Shown piece after piece: positions 53,301-64,000 of a DNA stretch of 64,000 nucleotides. This DNA is from Phaeosaccion multiseriatum (taxonomy: Eukaryota > Protista > Ochrophyta, other classes). Within the stretch, counting starts at the first letter, position 1. Each line of letters starts with the position of its first letter. The stretch is from contig OZ218953.1 in NCBI GenBank assembly GCA_965112735.1, forward strand, positions 1,736,001-1,800,000, written 5' to 3'. Below the pieces are notes generated by a model. It was not told where the DNA came from. It worked only from the letters and a program-made list of their open reading frames with translations, and did not search any database. Position numbers and translations under genes: made by a program.

Positions 53301-53881
53301 CTCCACACGGACACCAGACCGGGAGCGGCAGCAGCCCACAGCGAGACCCGCAAGGAGCGGCACTATGCCGGCACCTACCACCCCGTGTTCGCCTCACCAC
53401 CTTCGCCATCGAGACCCACAGACGACTCGGCGCACAGGCGTAATCGCTCGTACCCGCACTCGCCGAGCACGTCGTCTCCCGCACGGGCCGCACTGGCTCC
53501 TCCACCACCAAGGGCCACGTCCTGACCAGGCAGGCTTCGCCGTCTCGTCAGCTGCAGCCACCAGACGGTTGTGGCTCGGAACGAGAGCGCGCCTTCCTGG
53601 GTCGGCTCAACCGCGGTGCTGGTCCTGCACCTCCCCTCCCCGACCAAGAGGGGGAGTAACCGGCCCCTCGAGGGTGTGGAGAAATACAGACACATGCATG
53701 CACACGCACACACACACGCACACACAAACAATCACAATTTCAGTTGCTTAGGTGGTTCCTATTAAGTCAATAATTACCCCCTCGTCTCATATTCCTCGCT
53801 CTCACTCTGAAAGGGAGTGGGGTAGTAAAAGAGGTAAAGAGTGTACGCTGCGCTGCTTTCTCTGAAGGCAACGCACAGACA

Positions 53882-56800
53882 ATGGCTGCTGTCCCTGTGG
53901 ACGCCGATGTTGCTGTGCACGGAGCAGTGGTGAGTGGGAGGGAAAGGAAGAAAGGACGAAGAACATGGGGGATGAATATCATTAGGCAGTATTAGCCCTT
54001 GCTTACAATACTATCTATACAAGAGAGTCTCGCTGCACACATTGATTCCAATGCCGTACTCTGAGGGGCGTGCACAAGAAAGGGAGGAGCGAGAGGATTG
54101 AAGCGCTAACCTGAATTACACCGGTGCCTGCCCTTTGCACTTGCTGTACAGTCGGGGACTGACCAGGTTCCCGGCTACGAGGAAGAGGCCCCCAACGTCA
54201 TCAAGGTGGGCACAATGACTGAGTATCCTTTCAATGTTGGAGGAGGGAGGGGGGGGGGGGTTGAAGATGTGCATGAGCTTGCATTTCATACCCCAGCCGC
54301 ACCGAGAACCTAGCCCCCATCAGAAGGACTGATATCAAGCCCCACGCACGCCACATCCCCGTTTCGGCGCATCTGCCACCCTGCCTCGGTAGCGAAACCC
54401 TCCTTTTCTGCACAGAGAGAGCAGAAGGTCGCACTCTGCCCGCCCTTCCCAGGCGCTCTCCGACTGACTGTCCCACGTGTCGCTCACCTGGCCCACTTGC
54501 TTCCCCATGCATTGCCTTGCTCCGCCTTGCTTTGCCTTTGCCTCGGTCTCTCGCCTTCCCCTGCTCTTCCCTCCTCAGTGCTCCATTCTCCGCGGCAGGG
54601 GGCTGAGGGCGCGAGATAAGAACGTCCTGGGTAAAGACACGAGCGACCCTCTCGTCAAAATCATCTTTGGGGGCGTGGTAAGTCTCAGACGAGTAATGCA
54701 AGCAACCGTACCGGCCGAGCTTTGCGCTACGCTTTGTACTCCCCCCCACCCCTTCCTCCTCGCCTCCTTCCTCTTTCCACTTTTCTTTTTTTCCCCTCCT
54801 GTCCTGCTGCCTCTCTTCTCACTTGCACTTTTGCTCCTTCTTTCTTCCCCTTCGTATGAAACCACTTACGCACCTTTTCCCTTCTCCAATCCAACCCAAC
54901 AACGATACCCAACAACAACAGGAGAAGAGGACCAAAGTGAAGAAGAAGACCCTCGAACCGGTGTGGAACGAGACCTTCGATATCTTTGCAGTGGACAGCT
55001 CCTCCTGCCTCACTCTGCTCATCGAGGATGATGACATTGGCAAGAATGACTTCTTGGGGCTTGTGCAAATCCCCCTTGACGATCTCAAGCATCAGACGAG
55101 GGTGAGTTAGTGAACGAGTGAATGAATGAGTGAGAGAGACGAAGACTGACTGACTGACTGACTAACTAACTGAGTGAGTGAGTGAGTGAGTGAGTGAGTG
55201 AGTGAGTGAGTGAGTGAGTGAGTGAGACATGACCTAAGCCAATGTAGGGCCATGTACCAAAAGGGGCGGGTGGACGGACGGACGGACAGGCCAGAACTGC
55301 ATAAAAAATGCATCAAGACAGGTCAAGAGTTCCTCCCCACTCCGCGCCTTGTGGGCCTGTTAGCCTGCTTGATCCATCACTTCGCCTAATCGTACACACT
55401 CCTCGCCCCTCACACCCACCCACGCACCCACCCACGTACCCACACACACACCTACCCGGCCATTCATTGCTCGTTTCTCTCATTTCATACCTCGCGGGAT
55501 ACTATTACGTATGTATTACGTGCAGATCCGGCGATGGTTCAAGCTGATGACCAAAGACGGCCTCCCCCCCACCAACAGCCTGGGCGAGGTGGAGGTGCAG
55601 CTGCAGTGGTATCACGACCCGCAGGCAGCGGGCAAGACCGCACCGAAAAAGAAGGACCTTTTAGACAAGCTGAAATCCAAGGTGGGTATAGGGTTAGCGT
55701 ATAGGGTAAAGGGTGAAGGGTGAAGGTTTTATGTGGTGTAGGGCATCTTGCAGGATTTCCATATAGCGGTCGTGAAACTCCCCCTCCTCCCCCCAAAACT
55801 CATCCCCTCCTGCTCCTCCTGCTCCTGCTCCTCCTCCCCCCCCCCCCCCCAACCACCACTATCCATCTCTACTCACTGCTCGTTAGGCGGGGATTGCGGA
55901 GGAGTCTAGTGACACCGACGAGGGACATGAGGAGGAAGAGGAGGGGATGGACAAGGCAGAGAGGGCGGCGGCGGAGGAGGCACGCATCGCGGCGGAGGAG
56001 GAGGAGGCCCGGAGGAAGGAGGAGCTGCACGACGAACTGCTGGACATGTCGGTGCGTGCGTGTGAGCGTGCGTGTTTGCATGCGTGCGTGTGTATATGCG
56101 TCTGCGACGGACAAACCAACACTCCTCCACCTCCCCACTTGAACGCGTTAACCCCCCCCCCCTCTTTCTGCCCTTCCTCCCCTCCCTCCACCCCTCCCTC
56201 ACTCACTCACTCCCTCCCTGGCAGGTGACCACTGGCGACTACATGATTTACGTGCACATTATTGAAGTGCGAGACCTCAGGGGTGAGGATCCCTCTGGCA
56301 CCTCGGACCCTGTTGTGTACATTGAGGTAAGAGTTGGATATGGGGTATAGGGTCGGCTGGGGTGGGGTAGGGTAGGGTATAGGGTATAAGGTGTAGGGTG
56401 TAGGGTATATAGGGTACGGGGGATAGGGTGTAGGGTAGGGTAGGGTTCCTCCTCCTCCTCCTCCTCCTCCTACTACTACTACTACTACTACTACTCCTAC
56501 TCCTTCTCCTCACTCCCACCCACTGCCACCCCTCGCTCTTCATCCACACCTCTTGCTGCTTGCCCCTGCCCTTGCCCCTGTCCTCAACCAATCACACTCC
56601 CTCCCACTGCTGACTGACACACACAGGCCTTTGACCAAAAGTTCGCAACGGAGGTGAAAGACTCTTGCCTCAACGCCGTGTACGACGAACAGTTCGCCAT
56701 CAGCTGCAGGAACCTCGACAAGGAGGTGTTCCAGGAGGGAGTCATACGGGTATGTATGTATGTATGTATGTGTGTGTATGTATGTATATATGTATGTATG

Positions 56801-59746
56801 TATGTGTGTATGTGTGTATGTATGTAAGTATGTATGTATGTGAGCATGCGAGTATGTATGTATGTATGTGTGTATGTATATATATGCATGTATGTATGTA
56901 TGTGAGCATGTATGTGAGTATGTATGTATGTGAGTATGTATGTATGTATGTATGTATGTATGTGTGTATGTGTATATCTGTATGTATGTGAGTATGTATG
57001 TGTGTATGTGTGTGTATGTATGTATGTGTGTATGTGTATGTATGTATGTATGTATGTATGTGTGTCTGTATGTATGTGTGCTTATATGTTGTGTATGTAT
57101 ATTTCTATCTACGGTAAGGGTGATGGACCTTGAGTTCTACGAATGGGGATGAGGAGTGACGCACAGTGAGCTGAGCAAAGCACACCCGCTCGCCTGAGAG
57201 CTATTGCAAGCTGCTGCGCTTCCCTTTGCTGTGCTTGAACTTTTTCTGACGGCCCGACTCTCACCCCACTTCGCTCTGCTCCTCTACCCTCCCTTCCCCC
57301 CCTCTCCCCCTCCCTCTCCCTCCCTTTCTCCCTCTCTCCCTCCCTCCTTCCGCACCTCACCCTCCTCTTGTCCCCCCCCCCCTCTCTCCGACGCACTACA
57401 CTCTGTCCTACAGATTTCGGTGATGGATGCTGACATGAAGCTGATTCCGGGCCTGCCAGCTGCCAAGAATGTAAGGTGTAGGGTGTGCATTGTGACTCAA
57501 GGAAAATGGCAACACACGACGCACACACACAACACGCACACACGCGCACGCACACACACACACACAACGGCTCCCTGCTTTGGGAACCAGCCGAAGCACA
57601 CTATGGACGCTTCCCTTCTTTGGGGTGTTGCTTGTTGCCTGTCTGACACCCTCCGTACCCACCCACCCCTCCCCCTTGCCGATCAATGTACACACACGCA
57701 CACACGCATACACACACTTACGCAGGATCTGATTGGGGCCTTCAACTTCGACGCCACGTACGTGTACTTCCAGAAGGACCACGAGATGCACAGGCAGTGG
57801 GTGGCCCTCATCAACGACGAGGACCCCGAAGAATCGGGCACGCAGGGTAAGTGTCAGTTGAAAAAAAAGAGTATTTTACCACTTCAAGATAAGGCCTAAC
57901 ACGAACGAACGAACGAACGGACCCACCCGTCCGTCCGTGCGTGTGTGTGTGTGTGTCCTTCGGCATGTCTATGTGTGTGATGTGGTGGTGGTGATACACT
58001 ACGCAGGCTACATCAAGCTCAGCATCCAGGTGGTGGGGCCGGGAGACAAGATCAAGCTTCACGACGAGAACGAAGATCGCCGCGCCGAGCAAGCCGCAGA
58101 GGCGTCTGGAGTAAGCATGGACAGCATGGTCATCATGCCCAAGGTACGAGTCACTCAGTCAGTACCTGGTGTCAGTCAGTGTCAGTCTGTCCCTGACCCT
58201 CAAGCTCCTGACCCTGACCCCCCTCTCCTGCACTGCTCTACTCAGACGATTCCTGTGGAGCGGTTCTGGCTCGTCACCACCGTCTGGAAGGCCGAGTATC
58301 TCCCCGTCATGGACCCAACACTCGTTGGTAAGGGTGGTGGTGACTATTACTTCTCCAGCGAAGTCGCGGGCGGGAAAGCTCTCAAGTCCAAAAAGAAGAC
58401 TCTCCGCGGCAGCCGAGGGCACCTCAACCCTTACTGGCGCACGGAGCTGTGGCAGCCCATCAACATGCCGTGCATGAGTGGCAACATTCGATACTCGGTG
58501 TGGGATCATGACACGCTTGGAGACAATGAGTTGGTGGCGATGTTTAGTGACAAGGTGAGAGGGGATTGGTCGCCTGCCTGCTTGCTCGCTTGCTGGCTTG
58601 CCTGCTTGCTTGGTTGATTGGACTGCCTGACTGACTGACTGACTGACTGACTGACTGACTGACTTTACAACACCAGGTCAAGCACATCTCCCGCAGCCAT
58701 GACTCGCGCGTGGGGCCCCACTGGAGGTCCCTCTACGGACCGCCGCTGTACGTGCCCTCTGTCAAGGCTGCCAAGCTGAGCAACTGGCGCAAGAGTGTGG
58801 ACTGGAAGAAGAAGTACCAGGAGGTGCCCTCCATGGCCAGCACTTACCGCGGCCGGGTGCTGCTCAGCCAGCAACTTGTCAAGAACCTTCCCGTGGGGCA
58901 CGACGAGGTGAGTCAGCGAAACGACGCAGTCACTCACGAACTGACTTACGCACTCACTCACTCCATCACTCACTCACTCACTATTCACTCCCTCACCCCC
59001 TCCCTCCCTCCGTCCCTCCCTCCTTCCGTCCCTCCCTCCCTCCCTCCCTCCATCAACTCAACTCAGATGGGTCACTGGAAGCGTAAAGTGCCGGCCCTGA
59101 GCTTCGACCACGAGCCCGAGACGCGTCAGTACGGCCTGCGAGCCTTTGTGGCCAGCGGGACGGAGATACCGCGCTTCACCAGCGTCGCCAACCTTGGGGC
59201 GCATAAGATGAGTATCAGGATCAGCGTGGGCAAGTACGAGGTACGAACGAGCCTGGTGGGTATTGACGATGGGGTGTGCGAGTGGTTCGATCTCGTGGAG
59301 AGCCACGAGCCCCTTACCCTGCCCAAGGATGTGGAGCAGCTGCCGGACATTCTCATTCACCTCGTCAAGGGCAAAGGTGTGTAACTCAATTGGGTAGTCG
59401 GGCAATCGGGGAATGAAATGCGCGAATCGCTCGACATGGCATGGCATTGCATTCCCCCTTGCCGCTCGCTCAGCAGGCTGTATCACCAACTGCTGTATCG
59501 CCACAACTACTGCTGCTCACCATCACTGCTCCTCCTCTACTCTTGCTAAAGGTGACACGGAGCAAGCCATTTGCTTCGCCCGCCTGAAGGCTGCCGACCT
59601 TGTGGAGGAAGCCTTTGTGTGCGAGCCCAAGTGGGTACTGCTGGGAGAGGACAAGGCACTGAATCGGCTCGATGATGGGGACTTCCCCGGCAGCGTCCTC
59701 ATCAAGTTGGGCTTCGGCCCGCAGGTGGGTGAGGAGTCGTGTGTGT

Positions 59747-59793
<47 letters not shown>

Positions 59794-59920
59794 CCAACCG
59801 GCCCTAACCCCTTCAACCAACCAACCAACCTACTCCAACCAACCCACCTACCCCCCCTCTTCCCTTTCTGTGTTGTGTATTTCACATCATTTGTCCCCTC
59901 CGCTACTCTACGCTATCGAT

Positions 59921-59979
<59 letters not shown>

Positions 59980-62900
59980 ACAGAGTGCTTTCTTGCAGAC
60001 GCAGCCCGCATGGCAGAGTGAGGCCAAGCAGATCATACAGAGGGTGCCCTACACAGTTCGCTTCCATCTCTATCAAGCCAAGGACCTTCCTGCCTCCGAT
60101 GACAGCGGCCTGCTGGACCCCTATTTTAAGGTGAGTCAGTGTGAGGTGATGAGATCGTTGATGGGGGCCAGAAGAGCAAAAAGTCGAAATCCAGTACTAC
60201 GTGGGGGAAAAAAAAGTGCATACTAATCATGACTTGCATTGAATGGAATTCAATTGAATGGCGAATTGCAAAAAAAGGTCAACGTCGCCGGCCAGAGGTG
60301 GAACACGGAGAAGCACGAGGAGCCGGGCACTAAATCGCACATTCTGCGCAAGAGAGCCACCACGGAACCCATGTACTACCACACACAGGACTTCCAAGTC
60401 CTCATGCCGCCGCCCGAGTTCAAGTCTTTCTGGCCGCAGGTCAATGTGCAGCTCTGGGACAAAGACTCATTCCGTGACGACTACTGCGGAACACTCTTTT
60501 GCCCCCTTTCGGACGCGGAGTATGAGGAGACGCAGGCCGCGGGGCAGGAGATACGCCACCCCCAGCTCCCTACCTGGAGAGACTTCTTCCTTGAGGAGGA
60601 AGGGGACGGAGAGGGCTCCTTACTCAGCTCTGTGCAGGTCGTGCGGCGGAGGGACCCCAACCCTTCCTCGCCGCTCCCCAAGCCACCTTCAATTGTGCCG
60701 GACCGTGTGCCTGCGTTCCTGGAGATTATCGCCGTCGGAGTGAGGGGCTTGGAGCCCTACGCGATGCTTCCCATTCAGGTGAGAGCGCGTGTGTGAGAGA
60801 CAAGAGAGAGAGCGCGTGTGTGGGTGGGGGTGGGGGTGGGGGTGCGCGTGTGGATGTGGACGGGGGTGGGGGTGGGTGCGTAACTACTCACGAACGCCTT
60901 GTTACCCCTCCTCCGTTCTTCTAAACCCCTCGTTACCGCTCCTCCTTTCTTTCAACTCCTCTCGTTTACCTCTCGTTGAACAATAACCCTCGTTAACCCC
61001 CCCCCCGTCAGTACCCTTACATGGAGCTCGAAGTGGACGTGTCCAGAGACGACAAGCGCATCTCCAAGACAGAAAACTCCAAGAAGCCCGACGGACCCAA
61101 CGCCAACTTCCTTCAGCGCATCACCATGCGGGCTCTCCTGCCCAAGAACGACATCTTTGCCCCGCGCATCAAGGTTCGCGTGTTCGATACACGGCTAGGC
61201 GGCTTCACCAAGCCCCTCGTGGCGGTCGGGGACATCAGGTCAGTGGGTGGAGGGGAGGGGAGGACGAGGTGATCGACATGCGAACAACAAGAAAGGAGGA
61301 GGAGGAGGAGGAGGGGGAGGAGGAGAAGAAAGATGAGGAAGACGAATGAAAAACTAGCAAGAAGACGAACAAGAAGATTTGCGGTTGCGTCCTTCCTACT
61401 AACCCTCCTCTCCTCTGCTCTGCTCTCCCGTCTTCTCTCTGTCGCCCCGCACAGCCTAGAAAAGAAGCTTCCCTGGACGGATGCGTACAGCCCCCCCACC
61501 GCCAACCCTAGAGCGGCGGCGGCCATCGCCATGAAGGACAAGAGGGGAGGAGAGGGTGCCCAGGTCAGTCAGTCAGTCAGTCAGTCAGTCAGTGCTTCGT
61601 GTTGGTCAGTTAGTCAGGCAGTCGGTTAGGCAGGTAGGCAGTCAGTCAGTCAGTCAGTCAGTCAATCGGCTGGGCAGTCAGGCAGTCAGTCAGGTAGGTA
61701 GTCGGTTAGATAGAGGCAGGTAGGCAGGCATATGGGCAGGCATGAAGAGCGCGATTGACGTCGGTGAGGGAATGGGAGGGAGAGGGGCTTGAAGCAGTGT
61801 GTGTGTTTCCCCAACCTACGCCTTTCGAGATTGCCTCGCTCTCACTCTTGAGTCTCTGTCCGTTCCTCTTTCTCCCCCTCTCCCCCTCCCTCCCTCCCTC
61901 CGTCTCTCCTTCCCCTCTCCCAAAAGGAGTCTAAGGAGAGCGGCGACCCCCTCCCCCCTCCTCCCGTGAAGCGCAGCAGGAGTGTCATCTCGAGGGGCAG
62001 CAGGCCCGGCAGCCGCCACATGAGTAGCTCCTCCCTCCTCTCTGAGCTCGAAAGGGCCCAACAAGCCACCCAAGCAGACGCAGCAGGAGGAGCCATGACG
62101 GTGGTGGGAGGAGAGGCTGGGACAGGGGCAGGGGGGGGCGCTGTGGAAATGCAAAAGATGTCAGGGGAGGAGGCAGGGGCAGGAGCGGGAGCAGGAGGAG
62201 TGCTGGGGGGGGTTGTCGTGGATACGGGTGATGAGGTAACGGCGAGTAAGGTCCAGGGCGGTGCGCGGCTAGACTCCAGCCAGGCCCTCGAGGCCCTGCA
62301 AGGAGGGAAGAGCGACGAGTGGGAGGCCGAGGAGCCTCCGACCTACATGAAGGGTCGGCGACAGCTCAACTCAGACCTCGAGGAGGAGCTGGTGACCACT
62401 CCTTTTGAGACGTACGAGTTGTTCCGTGGGCAAAGGTTCGGCGGAGGGGAGGGCTACCGCTGCGTCGGGTTCTTCAAGTGCCTAGTGAGAGTCACAGAGG
62501 AGGACCCTGACGACGACTTGCTCTTTGTGGATGCGAGCGCGTTTGGGAGCTTGGAGGAGGCGCGCAAGGAGAACGCACGGGTATTGGGGGAGCTGCTGAT
62601 ACCCAAAGCGTACAAGGTGCGGCTGTACGTGTTGCAGGCCAAGAACCTTACCCCGATGGACCCGGGCATTGGCGGGCGGCCGGGTAAGAGCGACCCTTAC
62701 CTCCTCACCAAACTGGGGAAGGAGACGGTGGATGACTCCGACAGTTACATCCTCGATGTAACGGATGCCGACCTGTACAAGTGCGTGGAGTTTAATGCAG
62801 AGCTGCCCGGAGCCTCCCGAATGGAGATTAACGTGATGGATTATGACGACATTGGTTTCAATGAGCTCATCGGTCGAACCAACATTGACTTGGAGGACCG

Positions 62901-63451
62901 CTGGTTCGATTCCCGATGGCAGGCGCTGGGGCTGGAGAATCGAAATATCGATCTCGACAACGTTTCCAAGTCGCGATACCAAACCAAACCCCTGGAGCTG
63001 CGGCCCCTCACCATCCCTACTGCAAAGGCGCCCCAGGGAATGTTGCAATGCTGGGTGGACATTCTCACGCCCGCAGACGCGGGCCTTTTCCAGCCGGATG
63101 ATGTGGCCCTCCCGCCTGTGGCGCAGTTCGAGGTGCGAGTGGTGATATGGAAGTGCAAGGAGGTCGTCGCCATGGACACTTTGGAGAACATGAATGACTT
63201 GTACGTCAAAGCGTGGGTGGAGGGCTGCGATCCGCAAGTGACAGACACGCATTGGCGAGCCAAGAGCGGCAAGGGCAGCTTCAACTGGCGTATGAAGTTC
63301 AAGGTGGACTTGGGGCCACGCACCCGCTCCTACAAGTTCCCCTATTTGACCCTTCAGATGTGGGACAAGGACGTTGTAATGCACAATGACGTCATCGCGG
63401 AGAGCATGGTGGACCTCGGAGCGGCCTTCAGGAGAGCTTTCAAGAAGAAGG

Positions 63452-63498
<47 letters not shown>

Positions 63499-64000
63499 TG
63501 TTTGTGGGTGCGTGGGTACGTGTGTGGGTTGCATGCGTGAGTCGGTTGATGTTCTGCGCGCTGACACTTTCCCCTCATGACTCGCCCACTCACTCATTCA
63601 CTCATCTCTCACCCACTCCCTCACTCGCTCATTCACTCAGTCACTAACTCAGTCACTTACTCAGTCACTCAACTAAGTCAATCAACACAATCTTTCCGCT
63701 CACTCGCTCCCCTCCCTCACTCTCAATCCTACCCACTGTGCGAGAACTGCTACCACTGTGTTTGATGCCTTCTCTCACCCCCCCCCCCTTCCCCCCCCCC
63801 CCCCTCCTCCCCGCCCATCTTCCCTCTCTCCACAGACGGTGATCATGTTCGAAGACACCGCTGAGAAGATTGCCCAGCTCAAGGCGGAGGCGGAGGCGGA
63901 CGCTGCCAACATGGCCATTGACTCCGCTAATCCCAACCCCGCTGATGGGATGGCGCAGCAGTCCCAAGGGCTGTTGCAGCAACAGGGTGACTCTGCAGCA
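53882..64000 (+). CDS. Ferlin-family multi-C2-domain membrane-fusion protein (continues beyond the window)
   Basis: Serial C2 domains (RGRGLRARD..SDPLV, KTLEPVWNETF, VHIIEVRDL, FHLYQAKDLPASDDSGLLDPY, VRLYVLQAKNL..GKSDPYL) and ferlin signatures GYIKLSIQVVGPGD, LYGPP, YRGRVL, IGRTNIDLEDRWF, FEVRVVIW and TDTHWRAKSGKGSFNWRMKF. Confidence 0.92.
56749..57100. repeat. (TATG/TGTG)n tract in ferlin intron
   Basis: About 350 bp, read directly. Confidence 0.95.

Larger units (their letters stand above)
45995..53759 (+). mobile_element. Decayed CRE-clade-like non-LTR retroelement (restriction-like endonuclease type), RT core apparently missing, interrupted by nested elements
   Basis: Frameshifted fragments GLIIVGLPVGSDAFI, HLLRAVAP, IFLPQSQGGGG..ALPAYVGA, ALRWSLG, HAIQC, LDLTL..TALDV..AAAAHSETRKERHY and FAIETH match the thumb, Zn-knuckle and RLE region of CRE-like elements. 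The ORF start MADPGGG at 46077 lies left of the nested insert. A (CA)-rich tail lies at ~53690-53730. The direct repeat TATTAAG flanks the block at 45988-45994 and 53760-53766. Confidence 0.7.

Noticed and set aside
45991-53765. piggyBac/Kolobok element with TTAA TSD as the outer layer
   Set aside because: The sequences immediately inside the two TTAA motifs are not inverted repeats, and no DDE transposase is visible.
62482-63597. Long antisense ORFs (here and at 7803-8969 and 37860-38681)
   Set aside because: They are shadows of GC-rich coding exons on the opposite strand and have no independent protein features.

Overview
Intron-rich, microsatellite-rich eukaryotic nuclear DNA, probably a stramenopile (inferred from the CryptonS-like element and the gene set; not proven). 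Most ORFs in the track are artefacts of low-complexity sequence. Splicing by eye gives nine host genes: a very large soluble class III nucleotidyl cyclase-STAND NTPase (ADCY10/sGC-like, + strand, 5' end outside the window), a PLAC8-like Cys-rich protein (-), PDAP1/PP28 with a C-terminal SAP domain (-), a NDUFAF7/MidA-like methyltransferase (+), a PP2C phosphatase (-), a PPR protein (-), a DUF4246 protein (+), a secreted modular Cys-rich protein (-) and a ferlin (+, runs off the window). Two features stand out. (1) A ~7.8-kb nest of mobile elements at 45988-53766 with three layers, each with a readable junction: a decayed CRE-like non-LTR element; a TGT...ACA inverted-repeat element with a 5-bp TSD (CCGGG), built from six copies of a 47-bp hairpin unit and three copies of a ~200-bp unit carrying a tRNA-like 3' end; and a Crypton-type tyrosine-recombinase element with a probable C-terminal PHD finger, inserted at AGTT, whose empty target site is present twice nearby. 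(2) A dispersed motif, CAGTTGGTGATACAGCAG, found about 19 times on both strands in exons (three different reading frames), introns and a 3' UTR. All gene models and family calls come from reading motifs by eye, not from database searches.
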